A stretch of DNA of 64,000 nucleotides. Source: an uncultured virus (IMG/VR IMGVR_UViG_3300005077_000036). Lineage: Duplodnaviria > Heunggongvirae > Uroviricota > Caudoviricetes. Of this stretch, positions 28,587 to 38,613 are shown piece by piece (position 1 is the stretch's first letter; each line of letters opens with the position of its first letter). The stretch lies in the IMG/VR virus record IMGVR_UViG_3300005077_000036. The stretch is one strand, 5' to 3'. The position numbers were made by a program, and so were the translations under genes. A model generated the notes under the pieces. The model searched no databases. It was not told the DNA's origin and worked only from the letters and a program-made list of their open reading frames with translations.

Positions 28587-29497
28587 TGGTTCCTGTTCTG
28601 CGTGTGAATTTCTTCAGCGAGGTGCTCTTCCCGAGCCTATGCTTGGTGGACCCGCCTCCTGGCCGGCTCATCGTCGTCTCCAACGAGATCCACCCGGAAA
28701 CGTGGTGGGCGGAAATTGGCCGGTCGCTTCGCCCCAGGTTTCGCGTGGAGATGTACGGGTTCTCGTCCAAATACTACCCGTTCGGCCCGAAGGATGTGTC
28801 GCTTCGGCGAAACGTTGGCTTGTGGGCGACGCACCCTCACGATGAGGTGGTGTTCATCGACGACGACGAATTCTTCCCGAGCACGTTCGCTTCGGACTGC
28901 TCGCAGGCGCTTGCCGAGGCCGAAGCGAGGGTGGAAGGCCCATCTTGCGTATGGGGCAACTACAGGTACGTCGAGGGAGACGGGTCCAACTACGCGGAGC
29001 TTTCGGTTGCACCGCCCTCCGCTGGCGAGAGTCGCGAAAACCCTCCGAATTTCATGCATCAGTTTGAATCGGGGTACGCGGGGTTGGTGATTGCCCGCAG
29101 TCTATTCGTTCGGATGCATGGCGGCTGGGACATGGCATTCTGCGGCAGGCACAATCAGGAGGACCAGTATTTCGCCCTGAAGATGGCCCAGAGTGTGACC
29201 CGGTCAACGCGCATCTTCGTCAGCGAGCCTCCGTTCGTGTGGCATCCGAAGGTTCGTATCCCTTACCATCCGCCGGCCAAGTCGAACGTCTGCGAGTCGC
29301 ACAACTTTCTGTTCCAAGACAAAGAAGCTGAGCGGGAGTGGAAGTTCCAGAGCTGGGCGGGACGGCGCTACAAGAAGTGTCTTCGCTGCCCCGCCTATCA
29401 ATTCCGTCTCGATGATCTCCAGACGTCCGAAATTCTGATGCCGTACGACCCTACGCTCGTCGAGCTGCGGCACTGGCAGGGCCCGAGCCCGGTCTAG
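28574..29497 (+). CDS. GT2-like glycosyltransferase
   Basis: LSIVVPV, RRNVG, VVFIDDD, GGWDMAF, QED. Confidence 0.75.
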   Translation: MLSIVVPVLRVNFFSEVLFPSLCLVDPPPGRLIVVSNEIHPETWWAEIGRSLRPRFRVEMYGFSSKYYPFGPKDVSLRRNVGLWATHPHDEVVFIDDDEFFPSTFASDCSQALAEAEARVEGPSCVWGNYRYVEGDGSNYAELSVAPPSAGESRENPPNFMHQFESGYAGLVIARSLFVRMHGGWDMAFCGRHNQEDQYFALKMAQSVTRSTRIFVSEPPFVWHPKVRIPYHPPAKSNVCESHNFLFQDKEAEREWKFQSWAGRRYKKCLRCPAYQFRLDDLQTSEILMPYDPTLVELRHWQGPSPV

Positions 29498-29826
29498 TCT
29501 TCGTCCTCGTCCTCGTCTTCGTCGTCGTCGTCTGCGTCCCCAAGGCCGGGGAAGTCCGGGTGAAGCACCTTTTCCATGTGCTCCGGGCAGAAGCGGTCGA
29601 CGAACTCGCTTGTGACCGCGTCTGCTATCTCCCCGGCAAGCGCGGCGCAGTCGTCGAGGTGAAGTCTCTCGGCAGCGATGTCGAGTATCGAAGGTAGCGC
29701 TCGTGTGGCGGCGCTTAGCCAAGCTTGTCGAGCTTCCCTCCGTGCGGTCTCAAGGTCTATACCGTGTGAGAAGATACCTGCTTCTTGCTTGACTTCGTTT
29801 GCCTGGCTACGGTTTTTTGCTGACAT
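29494..29826 (-). CDS. Hypothetical protein with acidic tail
   Basis: GGAGG RBS; ends DADDDDEDEDEDED. Confidence 0.55.
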   Translation of the reverse strand: MSAKNRSQANEVKQEAGIFSHGIDLETARREARQAWLSAATRALPSILDIAAERLHLDDCAALAGEIADAVTSEFVDRFCPEHMEKVLHPDFPGLGDADDDDEDEDEDED

Positions 29827-30016
29827 GTTCCGCCTCCTGGGCGTCAAGGAATTGGGCTAGTGCGTACCTGATCACGCCGGTTCTGCCGACACCGCGCGCG
29901 CTCCGAGCCTGGGATGCGGCAACCTGCTCCACGTACTTATCGAGCCTGGCTGCGATTTCAGGCTGAAGCCGGAGCATGATTACGACCTGCTTGGGGCTCT
30001 CTTTCGTTGACGGCAT
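29807..30016 (-). CDS. Ribbon-helix-helix DNA-binding protein
   Basis: VVIMLRLQPEIAARLDKY...GRTGVIRYALAQFL. Confidence 0.65.
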   Translation of the reverse strand: MPSTKESPKQVVIMLRLQPEIAARLDKYVEQVAASQARSARGVGRTGVIRYALAQFLDAQEAEHVSKKP

Positions 30017-30060
30017 CGTTCGAGATTGCTATCACTTTGCTCAGCAAACTGCAAGCGGAG

Positions 30061-30090
30061 GCTAAGCGAATGCGTAAACAAATGCTTGAC
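30061..30090. promoter_or_regulatory. Degenerate triple-heptamer operator upstream of the RHH gene
   Basis: GCTAAGCGAATGCGTAAACAAATGCTTGAC versus GCTAAGCGTTCGCTTAGCAAATGCTTGAC at 61557. Confidence 0.5.
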
Positions 30091-30504
30091 AAGCTGATCG
30101 CCCAGCAGGCGGAGCTTGACTGGGCGGCAGCCCGCATCCCGAACATCGTCAAGGGCTTCCGGCTTGCGGAGGCGGCCACCATCAACGCGCCGTTCCGGTT
30201 GTATGTTCATCTGCCCACGCGGGTGGAGGTTCTCGTGACTGGCCGAGAGACAGTGCTTGGTCGGAGCATGGTTGTTGTGTTCACGGCCGAGAGCGTGTCG
30301 CGAAAGCTCAGCCCGCGTTTCCTGTGCGAAAGCTCCTGCCGGTTTGCCGCTGTCCCGGAAAACTCGCCCGTGGTGATGCAGGTCACCTCCCCGGACGAGA
30401 TCGTGTGCGCGGTTCCCATCGACCTCGATGGCTTCCGCGAAATGCTTCAGCCCGAGCGTCAACTGGTGGTGGATGGCCCTGAGGTGAGTGAGCCCCTCGG
30501 ATGA
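30070..30504 (+). CDS. Hypothetical protein (start uncertain, 30070 or 30082)
   Basis: ORF coupled by ATGA to the HTH gene. Confidence 0.5.
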   Translation: MRKQMLDKLIAQQAELDWAAARIPNIVKGFRLAEAATINAPFRLYVHLPTRVEVLVTGRETVLGRSMVVVFTAESVSRKLSPRFLCESSCRFAAVPENSPVVMQVTSPDEIVCAVPIDLDGFREMLQPERQLVVDGPEVSEPLG

Positions 30505-30860
30505 CGCGCTTTTCGAACAAACAGGGGGCATACCTGCGTGCCGTTCGGAACGAGACTGGAGTCACGCTGCAGCAGGTGGCGGACGCTCTTGGCGTGACCA
30601 AGCCGTACGTTTCGGACGTGGAGACGGGCAAACGCCAGTCGTTCCCCCCGAAGTATTGGGCGTCCCTGCTCAAGATCCTTCCTGAGCTGGATGTTCACGA
30701 TCTTCGCGATCTTGCGATAGCTGATGCGGTGGAGACTGCGAGGGGACGTGCTACCGAGCGGTTTGCGATTCCGCCCCAGCTCCTGATGCCATCGAAGCAA
30801 CGAATTCGATTTGTGGATATTCGATCCGGTGGAGCAGTCGATGAGAAAGAAGCTACCTAG
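30501..30860 (+). CDS. XRE-family HTH regulator
   Basis: [26 protein letters not shown]. Confidence 0.8.
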   Translation: MTRFSNKQGAYLRAVRNETGVTLQQVADALGVTKPYVSDVETGKRQSFPPKYWASLLKILPELDVHDLRDLAIADAVETARGRATERFAIPPQLLMPSKQRIRFVDIRSGGAVDEKEAT

Positions 30861-31293
30861 CAAGCGCTTCGGTTTCAATCAGGAGGCGGTCGTCGGGGGG
30901 CACAAGGTCTTTCTTCGTACGGGAGAGTACGAAGACGGGACTCTCGGCGAGATTTTTATCGACATGCACAAGGAAGGCGCGGCTTTCAGGTCGATGATGA
31001 ACTGCTTCGCTATGTCGATCTCGATAGGCCTGCAGTACGGCGTCCCTTTGGAAAAGTACGTGAACCTGTTCACCTTCACGCGCTTCGAGCCGTTCGGCGT
31101 AGTGACTGGGCATGACACGATTCGATACGCAACCAGCCTGGTCGACTACGTTTTCAGGGTGCTTGGAGTGTACTACCTTGGCCGAGTGGACCTGGCGGAG
31201 TTGCCGCAAGAACAGCAACCCGGGTTCGAGGTGACGAGCAACACTCCCATTGAAAAGAAGAGACGCGATGAAGGTGGTAGTTCTAGGCTGTGA
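30841..31293 (+). CDS. Stand-alone TSCPD-like domain (class II RNR C-terminal domain)
   Basis: [50 protein letters not shown]...FTRFEP matches the NrdJ C-terminal region. Confidence 0.85.
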   Translation: MRKKLPSKRFGFNQEAVVGGHKVFLRTGEYEDGTLGEIFIDMHKEGAAFRSMMNCFAMSISIGLQYGVPLEKYVNLFTFTRFEPFGVVTGHDTIRYATSLVDYVFRVLGVYYLGRVDLAELPQEQQPGFEVTSNTPIEKKRRDEGGSSRL

Positions 31294-32404
31294 CGGCTTT
31301 ATTGGATTCGCGCTGGTCCAGGCGCTTCTTGCGGCAGGGCACCACGTAGCAGGCGTGGACAATCTCAGCCGGCGGTGGGCAGTCCCAAGCGTGCTCCCGA
31401 TTGAGTCTTTCGACGAGCGGCTTCGGCGGCTCGAAGAGCGGTGGCCTGGCCAGGTGTTCAACTGGTCTATCGAGGAGGTTGTGAGGCTCGGTCGCGGCTC
31501 AACGTTTGACGTTGCAGACTGGCAGCCGGACGTTGTGATTCACCTTGGCGAGCTGCCAAGCGCTCCCGATTCGATGAGCAGCGTGGAGCGAGCCTGTGAG
31601 TACGTGCAGTACAACGTCGAGGCGACGATGAACCTGCTGTGGCACCTTCGGTCGTGTCCGAACGTGCACCTTATCAAACTTGGCACAATGGGTGAGTATG
31701 GTACGCCCGACCACATGATCTGGGAGGACGAGGAGGAGGTGTCGATCAACACTCACACCTGGACGCATGTTGGCAAAACCATGATGAGGATGCCTACGTG
31801 TCCGGGAAGCGTCTATCACGCCACCAAGGTGATGGATTCCGTTGCCGTGGACTTCGCGTGCCGAACGTGGGGGCTCCGGGCGACGGACGTGATGCAGGGT
31901 GTTGTGTACGGCATGGCGGACGTTCCCTTTCGCACGAGGCTTGACGTGGATGCGGTGTGGGGCACCGTCGTGCATCGTTTGTTTGCTCAAGCCGCGTGCC
32001 AGAAACCTCTGACCGTGTACGGTAAGGGGGAGCAGAAGCGAGGCTTTATCTACCAGGGCGACGTCCTGAAGTGCCTCCAGATCGTGATGAAGCACCCTCC
32101 TACCGCGGGCTCACGCAGGATCATCAACCAAATCGGGCACATCTACTCGATCAACGATATTGCAGAGCTGGCTATCATTGCGGCCAACGAAGCGGGCCAG
32201 CGCGTCGTGGTCGACCACGTACCGAACCCTCGGGCGGAGAAAGACGATCACTTGTATTCTGTGGAAGCGCACTGGCTGGCAGACAGGGGCTATCGTCCGA
32301 GGTCGCTAGAAAACACGGCTGAGGAGCTGTACAAGCTCTTTTCGGAGTGCCCCAGAGACGCACTTGAGGCTCGGCTGAGAACAAAATCGCCTGTGTGGCG
32401 ATGA
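31268..32404 (+). CDS. sqdB: UDP-sulfoquinovose synthase-like extended SDR
   Basis: [81 protein letters not shown]: SqdB/SQD1/Agl3 signatures. Confidence 0.85.
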   Translation: MKVVVLGCDGFIGFALVQALLAAGHHVAGVDNLSRRWAVPSVLPIESFDERLRRLEERWPGQVFNWSIEEVVRLGRGSTFDVADWQPDVVIHLGELPSAPDSMSSVERACEYVQYNVEATMNLLWHLRSCPNVHLIKLGTMGEYGTPDHMIWEDEEEVSINTHTWTHVGKTMMRMPTCPGSVYHATKVMDSVAVDFACRTWGLRATDVMQGVVYGMADVPFRTRLDVDAVWGTVVHRLFAQAACQKPLTVYGKGEQKRGFIYQGDVLKCLQIVMKHPPTAGSRRIINQIGHIYSINDIAELAIIAANEAGQRVVVDHVPNPRAEKDDHLYSVEAHWLADRGYRPRSLENTAEELYKLFSECPRDALEARLRTKSPVWR

Positions 32405-32417
32405 AAGGGGGAGGTGA

Positions 32418-34691
32418 ATGTCACAGGTAATCTCGATTCGATGCGTGCCGAGGGAAGGCCACGGCGTGGCCGCGACGATGGCGTCGATGGTTCTCGCCGA
32501 CCCATCGTCGATCGGTCGCAAAATCCTGATAGCAAACGGCGCAGCGGACACTGGCTACCTTAGATTTTTGGAGGAAACGGCGCAGGGGGCCGAAAGCATT
32601 GTATGCGTGCACCCAACGCCGTCCGAGATCAGGCAGCTGGCTGCAATGGACAAGCTGCGTAGGAGTGCTTGGAACGCGGAAAGATGGCTTTCGTGCGCAA
32701 TCGATGGCACAAGTCCTGTAGTTCTGCTCGAAGACGACCTCATTTTCAGGCCTGGGTGGTTGCAACAACTTGAAACGGCGGCGGATTCAATCCGGCGGGA
32801 TATCGGAGACCGGTTTATCCTGTCCGGGTATCACAGGCTAGCCTTTCCGGGCGAAGCTTTGTACTACGAGCGGGAGAAAGGTGTGCCCTTCTGGGGCACC
32901 CTCTGCATGTACGTGCCGGTGGGGCTTCAGACGGACTTGCAGCATGTTTTTCGCTCGAACGCGAAGTCCTGGCAAGCTCCCATGGATACGCTGATAGATC
33001 GCTGGGCTTGTGCCAGCAGAGTGCCCATTTTCTACACCCACCCGTCTGTGGTGCAACACGCTGGCGTGGAAGCTTCCGCGGTGGGGCATTCGTCTCATAG
33101 CAAAGAAATCCGCCAGGCTCGTGGCTTTTCCGGCAACAGGCAAGGCGCTTCGGTGGTCATGACGTGTGCTGCTCGGGTCGAAGGGGCGCAGAAGATGGTT
33201 GCGCGCACCTGCGTAGGTTTGCAGCTGGGGCTCGACCAAGTTGGAGCCCCTGCGGAATGGACGCACATGGTGGCGGTGGACCGTGGCGGAAATCTGCCGG
33301 CGGAGTGGGGCCAAGTTGCGGCTGTGCCTGATAGTGACTGGCAACTTGTCGAGAGCCGAAGCGTTGCATACCAGCAAACTGTGAACATAGCGAATGCGCT
33401 TCGGGCCCTTCGCCAAGCAACCGGAACCGTCAACGTGCTGTGTGAGGACGACCTTGAGTTCGACGACGGCTGGGAGGCGAAGGCATTCGAGGTGTACGAC
33501 TGGCTTGAGCGGTCCCGCGTTGATTTCATCCTAAGCGTTTGCTGCATCATGCCGGCAAGCGCCTTCGACAAGACGTCCCGACGTGACGTGCTGAAGCTCC
33601 GCCCAGGTGTGCGCTTCTGGGGCCTTCAGTGTCTCATGATGCCCAGCTCCACTGTGAGGTTGATCTCCTCTCACGCTGATAAGCTGATTTCCGGCTGGAC
33701 TTTCAACTACGGGACAGACAACCACAAGAAAAACTCCATCGGCGACCGCGTTGTGTGGAGCGCCATACGAGCGCTTGACATCCCTGTGTACACGCCGAAC
33801 CCGAACCTGGTGCTCCATGTGGGCGATCAGAGCATTTGCTTTCCGGGTCGCGCTCCCGCCAGAGGCGAGCTGTATCGCCGCCCCATCCTGCCTGTGTGCT
33901 CGAAGCGTTCGCGTGCGGAGTCTCGGGCGCTGCTGTCCTCGGTGCTTATCGATGAACCTTCGCTGCCCGCGGCGAGGTACGTGGCATGGGATTGCTCGAA
34001 GGCGCCTTCGACGGTGCGCAAGCTCGTATGGACGAGAGCAAACCCGGTCAACCGGGTGCTTGGTAGCATTTTGAGCCTTCGCGGCGCCACTTGGGAAAGC
34101 GATGCGGAGGCTCTTTCTCTCGTGTTCGGCCCTCCCCCGCCCGAGATGGAAAACGGCTGGGAGCCTGTCAGGACTCAAGAGGTGCGTTACGGGGGCTGGG
34201 GTGCCTGTGCCCCCTTTTTGCTTGGACTGCTCCGTCTGGCCGGAGCGGGCGCCTCCATCCTGCACGACCACAGAATCCGGTGCGTCAAATCTGATTGGAA
34301 AAAGGTACTCGAAATTCTCAAGTCCGAAGTGCCCGGCTCAATTGACGAGCACCGATCTTACTCCGTTTTTGCTCCACCAAACCCTGGAGACATCTTGGTA
34401 AACGAAGGTGATGAGAGGTCGTGCGTTGCCATCCAAACGGTGCCCACGGCTGCGCCACCGAGGAAGTTCTACGTCATGGGATGCAGGATGGCGTGGAAGA
34501 CTCGCGATGGGGAGGGCGCTTGGTGCCCGGAGGTGTGGACGGACGACATCGGGTGGAATTGCAACAGCAAGCGTGCCTGGTGTATCATCGGAGGTGAAGC
34601 TTTTGCCGTGAAGGCAATCATCCGCACCGAACGGCTGCCTTTTGGTTCCGCGGGCTGGGAAATAAAGAAAGATGCCACACTCGGGCCCTGA
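32418..34691 (+). CDS. Multidomain glycosyltransferase (two GT-A-like domains plus an unknown C-terminal domain)
   Basis: LLEDDL...FWGTLC...PSVVQHAG and LCEDDL...FWGLQC...NLVLHVG. Confidence 0.7.
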   Translation: MSQVISIRCVPREGHGVAATMASMVLADPSSIGRKILIANGAADTGYLRFLEETAQGAESIVCVHPTPSEIRQLAAMDKLRRSAWNAERWLSCAIDGTSPVVLLEDDLIFRPGWLQQLETAADSIRRDIGDRFILSGYHRLAFPGEALYYEREKGVPFWGTLCMYVPVGLQTDLQHVFRSNAKSWQAPMDTLIDRWACASRVPIFYTHPSVVQHAGVEASAVGHSSHSKEIRQARGFSGNRQGASVVMTCAARVEGAQKMVARTCVGLQLGLDQVGAPAEWTHMVAVDRGGNLPAEWGQVAAVPDSDWQLVESRSVAYQQTVNIANALRALRQATGTVNVLCEDDLEFDDGWEAKAFEVYDWLERSRVDFILSVCCIMPASAFDKTSRRDVLKLRPGVRFWGLQCLMMPSSTVRLISSHADKLISGWTFNYGTDNHKKNSIGDRVVWSAIRALDIPVYTPNPNLVLHVGDQSICFPGRAPARGELYRRPILPVCSKRSRAESRALLSSVLIDEPSLPAARYVAWDCSKAPSTVRKLVWTRANPVNRVLGSILSLRGATWESDAEALSLVFGPPPPEMENGWEPVRTQEVRYGGWGACAPFLLGLLRLAGAGASILHDHRIRCVKSDWKKVLEILKSEVPGSIDEHRSYSVFAPPNPGDILVNEGDERSCVAIQTVPTAAPPRKFYVMGCRMAWKTRDGEGAWCPEVWTDDIGWNCNSKRAWCIIGGEAFAVKAIIRTERLPFGSAGWEIKKDATLGP

Positions 34692-35232
34692 ATTCGACGA
34701 ACTGTTCCTCCGGCTCGTGAAGCGAGCGAACCCGCTCACGTGCTTGGACGTGGGGATCGGCGACGGCAAGCGTGGAAAAATGATTCGCTCCGTCTGCCCC
34801 AACGCGCAGATCGTGGGCGTCGAGGCCGAGATGAGCTACGCGTCTCGTTTCGATTGGAGCATGTACACGCGTGTTCACTGCGGTACTTCCATCATCGACT
34901 TCTGTACTAAGCATTCGACTAGCTCCTTCGATCTCGTTGTTTTCGGGGACGTCCTAGAGCATCTCTGGCTGACCGACGCCTTATCCGTCCTCGAATTCTG
35001 GCAGGAGCGGTCGAAGGCGTGTGTGGCGATTTGGCCGATCGGCTATCACCAGGACGCGATTGACGGAGTAGCCTCTGAGATTCACCGATGCAGGATCCAC
35101 CTGTCTGACATGGTTGGCCGGGTGCCCGTGATCCGATACCACGAGCACGACCGTGGGAGAGGGCAGAGGAAGTGCTTTGCGGTCGTTCGAGGGCGGCTTG
35201 CTGACAAGCCTAACGATGTCGCGTACGGATAG
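34672..35232 (+). CDS. Class I SAM-dependent methyltransferase
   Basis: LDVGIGDG, IVGVE, FDLVVFGDVLEHL. Confidence 0.8.
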   Translation: MPHSGPEFDELFLRLVKRANPLTCLDVGIGDGKRGKMIRSVCPNAQIVGVEAEMSYASRFDWSMYTRVHCGTSIIDFCTKHSTSSFDLVVFGDVLEHLWLTDALSVLEFWQERSKACVAIWPIGYHQDAIDGVASEIHRCRIHLSDMVGRVPVIRYHEHDRGRGQRKCFAVVRGRLADKPNDVAYG

Positions 35233-35240
35233 GTCGAAGC

Positions 35241-35963
35241 ATGGATGCCTTCATCAGGTGCGTCAAACGCCCAGCAACGAACGTGTTCCGCACGGTTGCA
35301 ATGGCTTGTGTGCAGAGTCCTTGCTTCCTGCAACGAGTGCGGCTCAACCTTGTGAGTGGAGACGGTGGCCGGGAATTCTTGGGACCGTTTGCCAGGAGCT
35401 TGGGCGTTGAGCTTCGCTACTCGGGCGATGACATCTACGCCCAGCTCAAGCACTGGCACCCTAAAGCCAGGGGGGCATGGTCGTACCGGGTTGCGCTCTA
35501 CTTCGCGAAGGAAACAGGGGCGGACGCGCTTCTGATGGAAGACGACCTGCACTTTGCGAACGGGTGGTTTGAATACCTCATGGAATGTGTTGATGAGGCT
35601 AGGGCGAAGGTATCCGGGCCTTGGGTGCTGAGCGCGTACTTTGGTTTCCCTGCTACGCCCGACAAGCCTCAGGGCAGGATATTCGAACAGCCGAAGGGCA
35701 CGCAATTTTACGGCAACTTGTGTACCTTCTGGCCCCGCGACCTCATCTCTGGTGCGCACGCGTACTTCAAATCCACGATGGATCGTTTGCCCAAGAAAGA
35801 GGAAATGCACACCGATATCATGGTCATGCGCTACCTGCAGTCGTTGAAAGGCAAGGTTTTGTACACGTACCCGAGCGTCGTGCAGCACGTGGGGGATGTT
35901 ACGACGCTGCGAGATGACGGCATCCGGCGTTCGAAGATTTTCGACGACTTCTACTCGAAGTAG
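35241..35963 (+). CDS. GT-A-like glycosyltransferase (paralog of the domains in 32418-34691)
   Basis: LMEDDL, FYGNLC, YPSVVQHVG. Confidence 0.7.
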   Translation: MDAFIRCVKRPATNVFRTVAMACVQSPCFLQRVRLNLVSGDGGREFLGPFARSLGVELRYSGDDIYAQLKHWHPKARGAWSYRVALYFAKETGADALLMEDDLHFANGWFEYLMECVDEARAKVSGPWVLSAYFGFPATPDKPQGRIFEQPKGTQFYGNLCTFWPRDLISGAHAYFKSTMDRLPKKEEMHTDIMVMRYLQSLKGKVLYTYPSVVQHVGDVTTLRDDGIRRSKIFDDFYSK

Positions 35964-36355
35964 TAGCTCTCGTTGCCGTACGGGTCGCTGCCGTATGGGT
36001 CGGCGCCAAAATCGTCGTATCTACTGTCTGGCTCGTTGAAGTACGAATCGAATAGCGCTCGACCTCGGTGCTCCAACGAAGGAGCGTAGCGCCTGACGGC
36101 CCACTTCGAGGCGTAGTAACTCGGCGCGGCCAGCGGCATGATCCACAAGGCCGCCTCGGGGGACGCTTTGAGCAGGCGCTTGTAGTCGAGGTCGTCGTTC
36201 GGCCTGGCTCGGCGCTTCCCCGCCCAAACGAGCGCGGCGGCTCCGATGGTGGCCGCCAAGGCGATCGCCATGATGGTCGGCAGGGCGGACGCTGATGGTG
36301 CCTGCTCGGGCTTGGTGGGATCAATGGCTGGGGGTCGACCACTTGGAGGTGTCAT
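35951..36355 (-). CDS. Single-TM protein with GKRRARPN motif
   Basis: TM IMAIALAATIGAAALVW followed by KRRARPN; Tyr/Asp-rich tail. Confidence 0.55.
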   Translation of the reverse strand: MTPPSGRPPAIDPTKPEQAPSASALPTIMAIALAATIGAAALVWAGKRRARPNDDLDYKRLLKASPEAALWIMPLAAPSYYASKWAVRRYAPSLEHRGRALFDSYFNEPDSRYDDFGADPYGSDPYGNESYYFE

Positions 36356-36492
36356 TGGGGGCGTCCTGGTCTTGAGCGCGCTGTGGGCCGCAGGAGCGGC
36401 AGCAGACGGCGGTTTCGAGCTTCCTCGTGAAAGTGCGCGGCGACTCCCGCAATCGCCATCCCGATCGCAATCCCGCTAACTATCGCGGACAT
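36352..36492 (-). CDS. Small TM protein
   Basis: MSAIVSGIAIGMAIAGVAAHFHEEARNRR; ATGA-coupled to the next gene. Confidence 0.4.
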   Translation of the reverse strand: MSAIVSGIAIGMAIAGVAAHFHEEARNRRLLPLLRPTARSRPGRPQ

Positions 36493-36576
36493 GATGTTTC
36501 GGGATTCGGGCGATTCGGGGCGCACGCCAGCATTGTCGTAGCCGCCTTTCCTTCCTGCAAGGTTGGTTGACATTCT

Positions 36577-36605
36577 GCTAAGCGACTGCTAAGCGAACGC
36601 TTATC
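36577..36605. promoter_or_regulatory. Triple-heptamer operator, copy 3
   Basis: GCTAAGC-GACT-GCTAAGC-GAAC-GCTTATC between TTGACA (36567) and ATG 36606. Confidence 0.7.
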
Positions 36606-37100
36606 ATGTTCACGAGCTTGGAGTGCGTTCTCGTGGCTCGAGGCTGCAGGTCTTTCACCGACGAACAAGCGGTTCGAGGTGCTCTAGGCTGGCTTCGAAG
36701 CCGCAGCAACCTGTCGCTTGTGCGTCATGGCGCATCGGGGTGGGACGCGGATGACCCCGCCTCTTGGGACGTCGACAAGCTCAGGGGTGTGGATCGGTAC
36801 GCGGATGCTTGGGCGTGGGCGGTCGATCTGCCGGTTGAGCGCATTGCGCCGAGCCGTGCGTTGGGTGCTCGGGCCGCCCGAGTGAGAGACGTGCAGCTAC
36901 TCGCGAGGGCTGAAGCACCCATGATGGTTTTGTATTTTTCGTGGGAGCCAAGCAGTAGGTTCGAGGCGATCGTTCGGCGGGTCTGGACGGGCGCGTTTCG
37001 ACTACCCGCGGAAGCGGGCCTTGGCGCTCGTGGATGCGTCCGGCTGTACGGGGACGTTCAGGTGATCCCGAGAGCGTGCGATCGTATCGACCTTACGTGA
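36606..37100 (+). CDS. YspA/SLOG-like (DUF2493-like) protein
   Basis: VLVARGCRSFTD, LVRHGA, RGVDRYADAWA, VRDVQLL. Confidence 0.6.
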   Translation: MFTSLECVLVARGCRSFTDEQAVRGALGWLRSRSNLSLVRHGASGWDADDPASWDVDKLRGVDRYADAWAWAVDLPVERIAPSRALGARAARVRDVQLLARAEAPMMVLYFSWEPSSRFEAIVRRVWTGAFRLPAEAGLGARGCVRLYGDVQVIPRACDRIDLT

Positions 37101-37335
37101 TGTACGAGTACACAAACCGGGCGGGCTCGTCCCCGACTTGCGTTTCGAGCAGCTTCGTAGGCGTCGCCTTCTGGATGAAATCCACCGCGTCAGCCTTGGA
37201 GAAGTGCTGCTCTTCCGTCCCGCCGAACGGTCTTGTTCGACGGGCCAGAAATATCTTGCTCGTCATCTGAGTGATGTACCCCACGATCGTGCTGTCTGCT
37301 CCTGGCATGGTCAAAACATACTCTTGACCGGGCAC
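37093..37335 (-). CDS. Hypothetical protein (start uncertain)
   Basis: Protein-like ORF in the minus-strand block. Confidence 0.4.
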   Translation of the reverse strand: MPGQEYVLTMPGADSTIVGYITQMTSKIFLARRTRPFGGTEEQHFSKADAVDFIQKATPTKLLETQVGDEPARFVYSYIT

Positions 37336-37437
37336 GCGGACAAGGTTCTTGACTTGGGACTGGGGGCGGTTTAGCCTGAGGTGTGTTCTTGCTCTGGTAC
37401 GCCCCGGGTGGCTCCGCTCCGGGGCGTACGCTTTTTG

Positions 37438-38160
37438 TCAAGACAGTTCGCTCCACACGTAGCGCATGATCCGGCGCTTGTTCTTCTCAGTCAAGTAGCC
37501 TTGGATCAGCTCCCAGGTATAGGACCGGGAGACAGCGGCGCCAACGTCTCGCGTGCGGCTGAGGTGCTCGGCTGCTTCGAGGGTGATCTGGCGCGCGTAA
37601 GCCCGCACCTCGGACGGAGAGTTCACATACCTGGCGAGGGAAGCCTCGTCGGTTGTATCCGTCCGCATTGGCTTGCCCTGGACGATTTCGGCGGCATGCT
37701 GGGCTTCGTGAAGAAGGCGTCGGTAGAGCCAGTATTCCAGGTCTGCGCCCGATCTTCGTGTGGACGTCCCGTCGCTGAGGGGAGCTACCCAATCCCTGCT
37801 TGCGAACAGGTCCGCTTTGGTTTGCCCCTCCGTGATGTGCAGAAGGATTGCGCTGTCAAACTGCGGGAACGACCCCCGGAGGCTCGAAGGCATTGTCGCC
37901 GCGAATTGCCCTCGGACTACAGTACTAATGTTGGGCACAGGTGGCGAAATCAGGGTAATCACAAGCACAGGTCTTTGCCTGCCTCGCACCTGCTCTACGA
38001 GAATTCCTCGGTAGGACAGGGGCCCGGTTGCTGACAGCGGCTCGTGCATTCCCACATGAGACAGGGATTTTTCCACGTCAGCTGCGATGTTGGCGGCTAC
38101 CTGGGCAAGTCGTTCTGGCTGAACGGGTGCCAGCCATGGGTTGGTTCGGGCGCGTCGCAT
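37438..38160 (-). CDS. Zincin-like metallopeptidase domain protein
   Basis: LLHEAQHAAE (HExxH) plus YVNSPSEVRAY; begins MRRARTNPW. Confidence 0.6.
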   Translation of the reverse strand: MRRARTNPWLAPVQPERLAQVAANIAADVEKSLSHVGMHEPLSATGPLSYRGILVEQVRGRQRPVLVITLISPPVPNISTVVRGQFAATMPSSLRGSFPQFDSAILLHITEGQTKADLFASRDWVAPLSDGTSTRRSGADLEYWLYRRLLHEAQHAAEIVQGKPMRTDTTDEASLARYVNSPSEVRAYARQITLEAAEHLSRTRDVGAAVSRSYTWELIQGYLTEKNKRRIMRYVWSELS

Positions 38161-38162
38161 GG

Positions 38163-38608
38163 CTACAGGGGCAAGTCGGGTGGGAGCGCAGCGAGCAATG
38201 CTTGCATCCCTTCGAGCATCTCGGCTTCGTCCTGCGAACGGCTGGAACGTAGCCTCTCTGCCTGGCTCCTCGCCACTTCGCGCCACCGTGCTCCTGCGGA
38301 GCGTTCAAGGCGCTCCTGCAGCGCATGCTTGTCGGACTCGCAGCGCGCAACGTAGGCGTCGTATTCCCGCGATATCTTTAGGATCTGATCTTCTAGCTGA
38401 CGTGCTGTCCTCTTGAGCACGTCGGCTCGCTCTTCATGATACCTCTTCGACTCTTCCCAGAAGTTTGCTTGATCTCGCCGGAGGGCTCGCTGTTGCGGGA
38501 GGCGAACATGCGCTCCTTTCGCCCTGAGAAGTGTGTCCAGGCGGCCACTCCCACAAGCCCAGCGGCTGCGGTGGCCACAAGCGTTGCCGTTAGTGCGGGA
38601 GCCTGCAT
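38163..38608 (-). pseudogene. TM plus coiled-coil protein with an apparent frameshift near 38495
   Basis: MQAPALTATLVATAAAGLVGVAAW...RMFAS continues in the -1 frame as QQRALRRDQANFWEESKR...LPL. Confidence 0.5.
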
Positions 38609-38613
38609 GGTGC

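Noticed and set aside
38480..38510. FASRN as a post-TM Asn tag
   Set aside because: It lies at the apparent frameshift; the corrected frame reads ...QQRALRRD.
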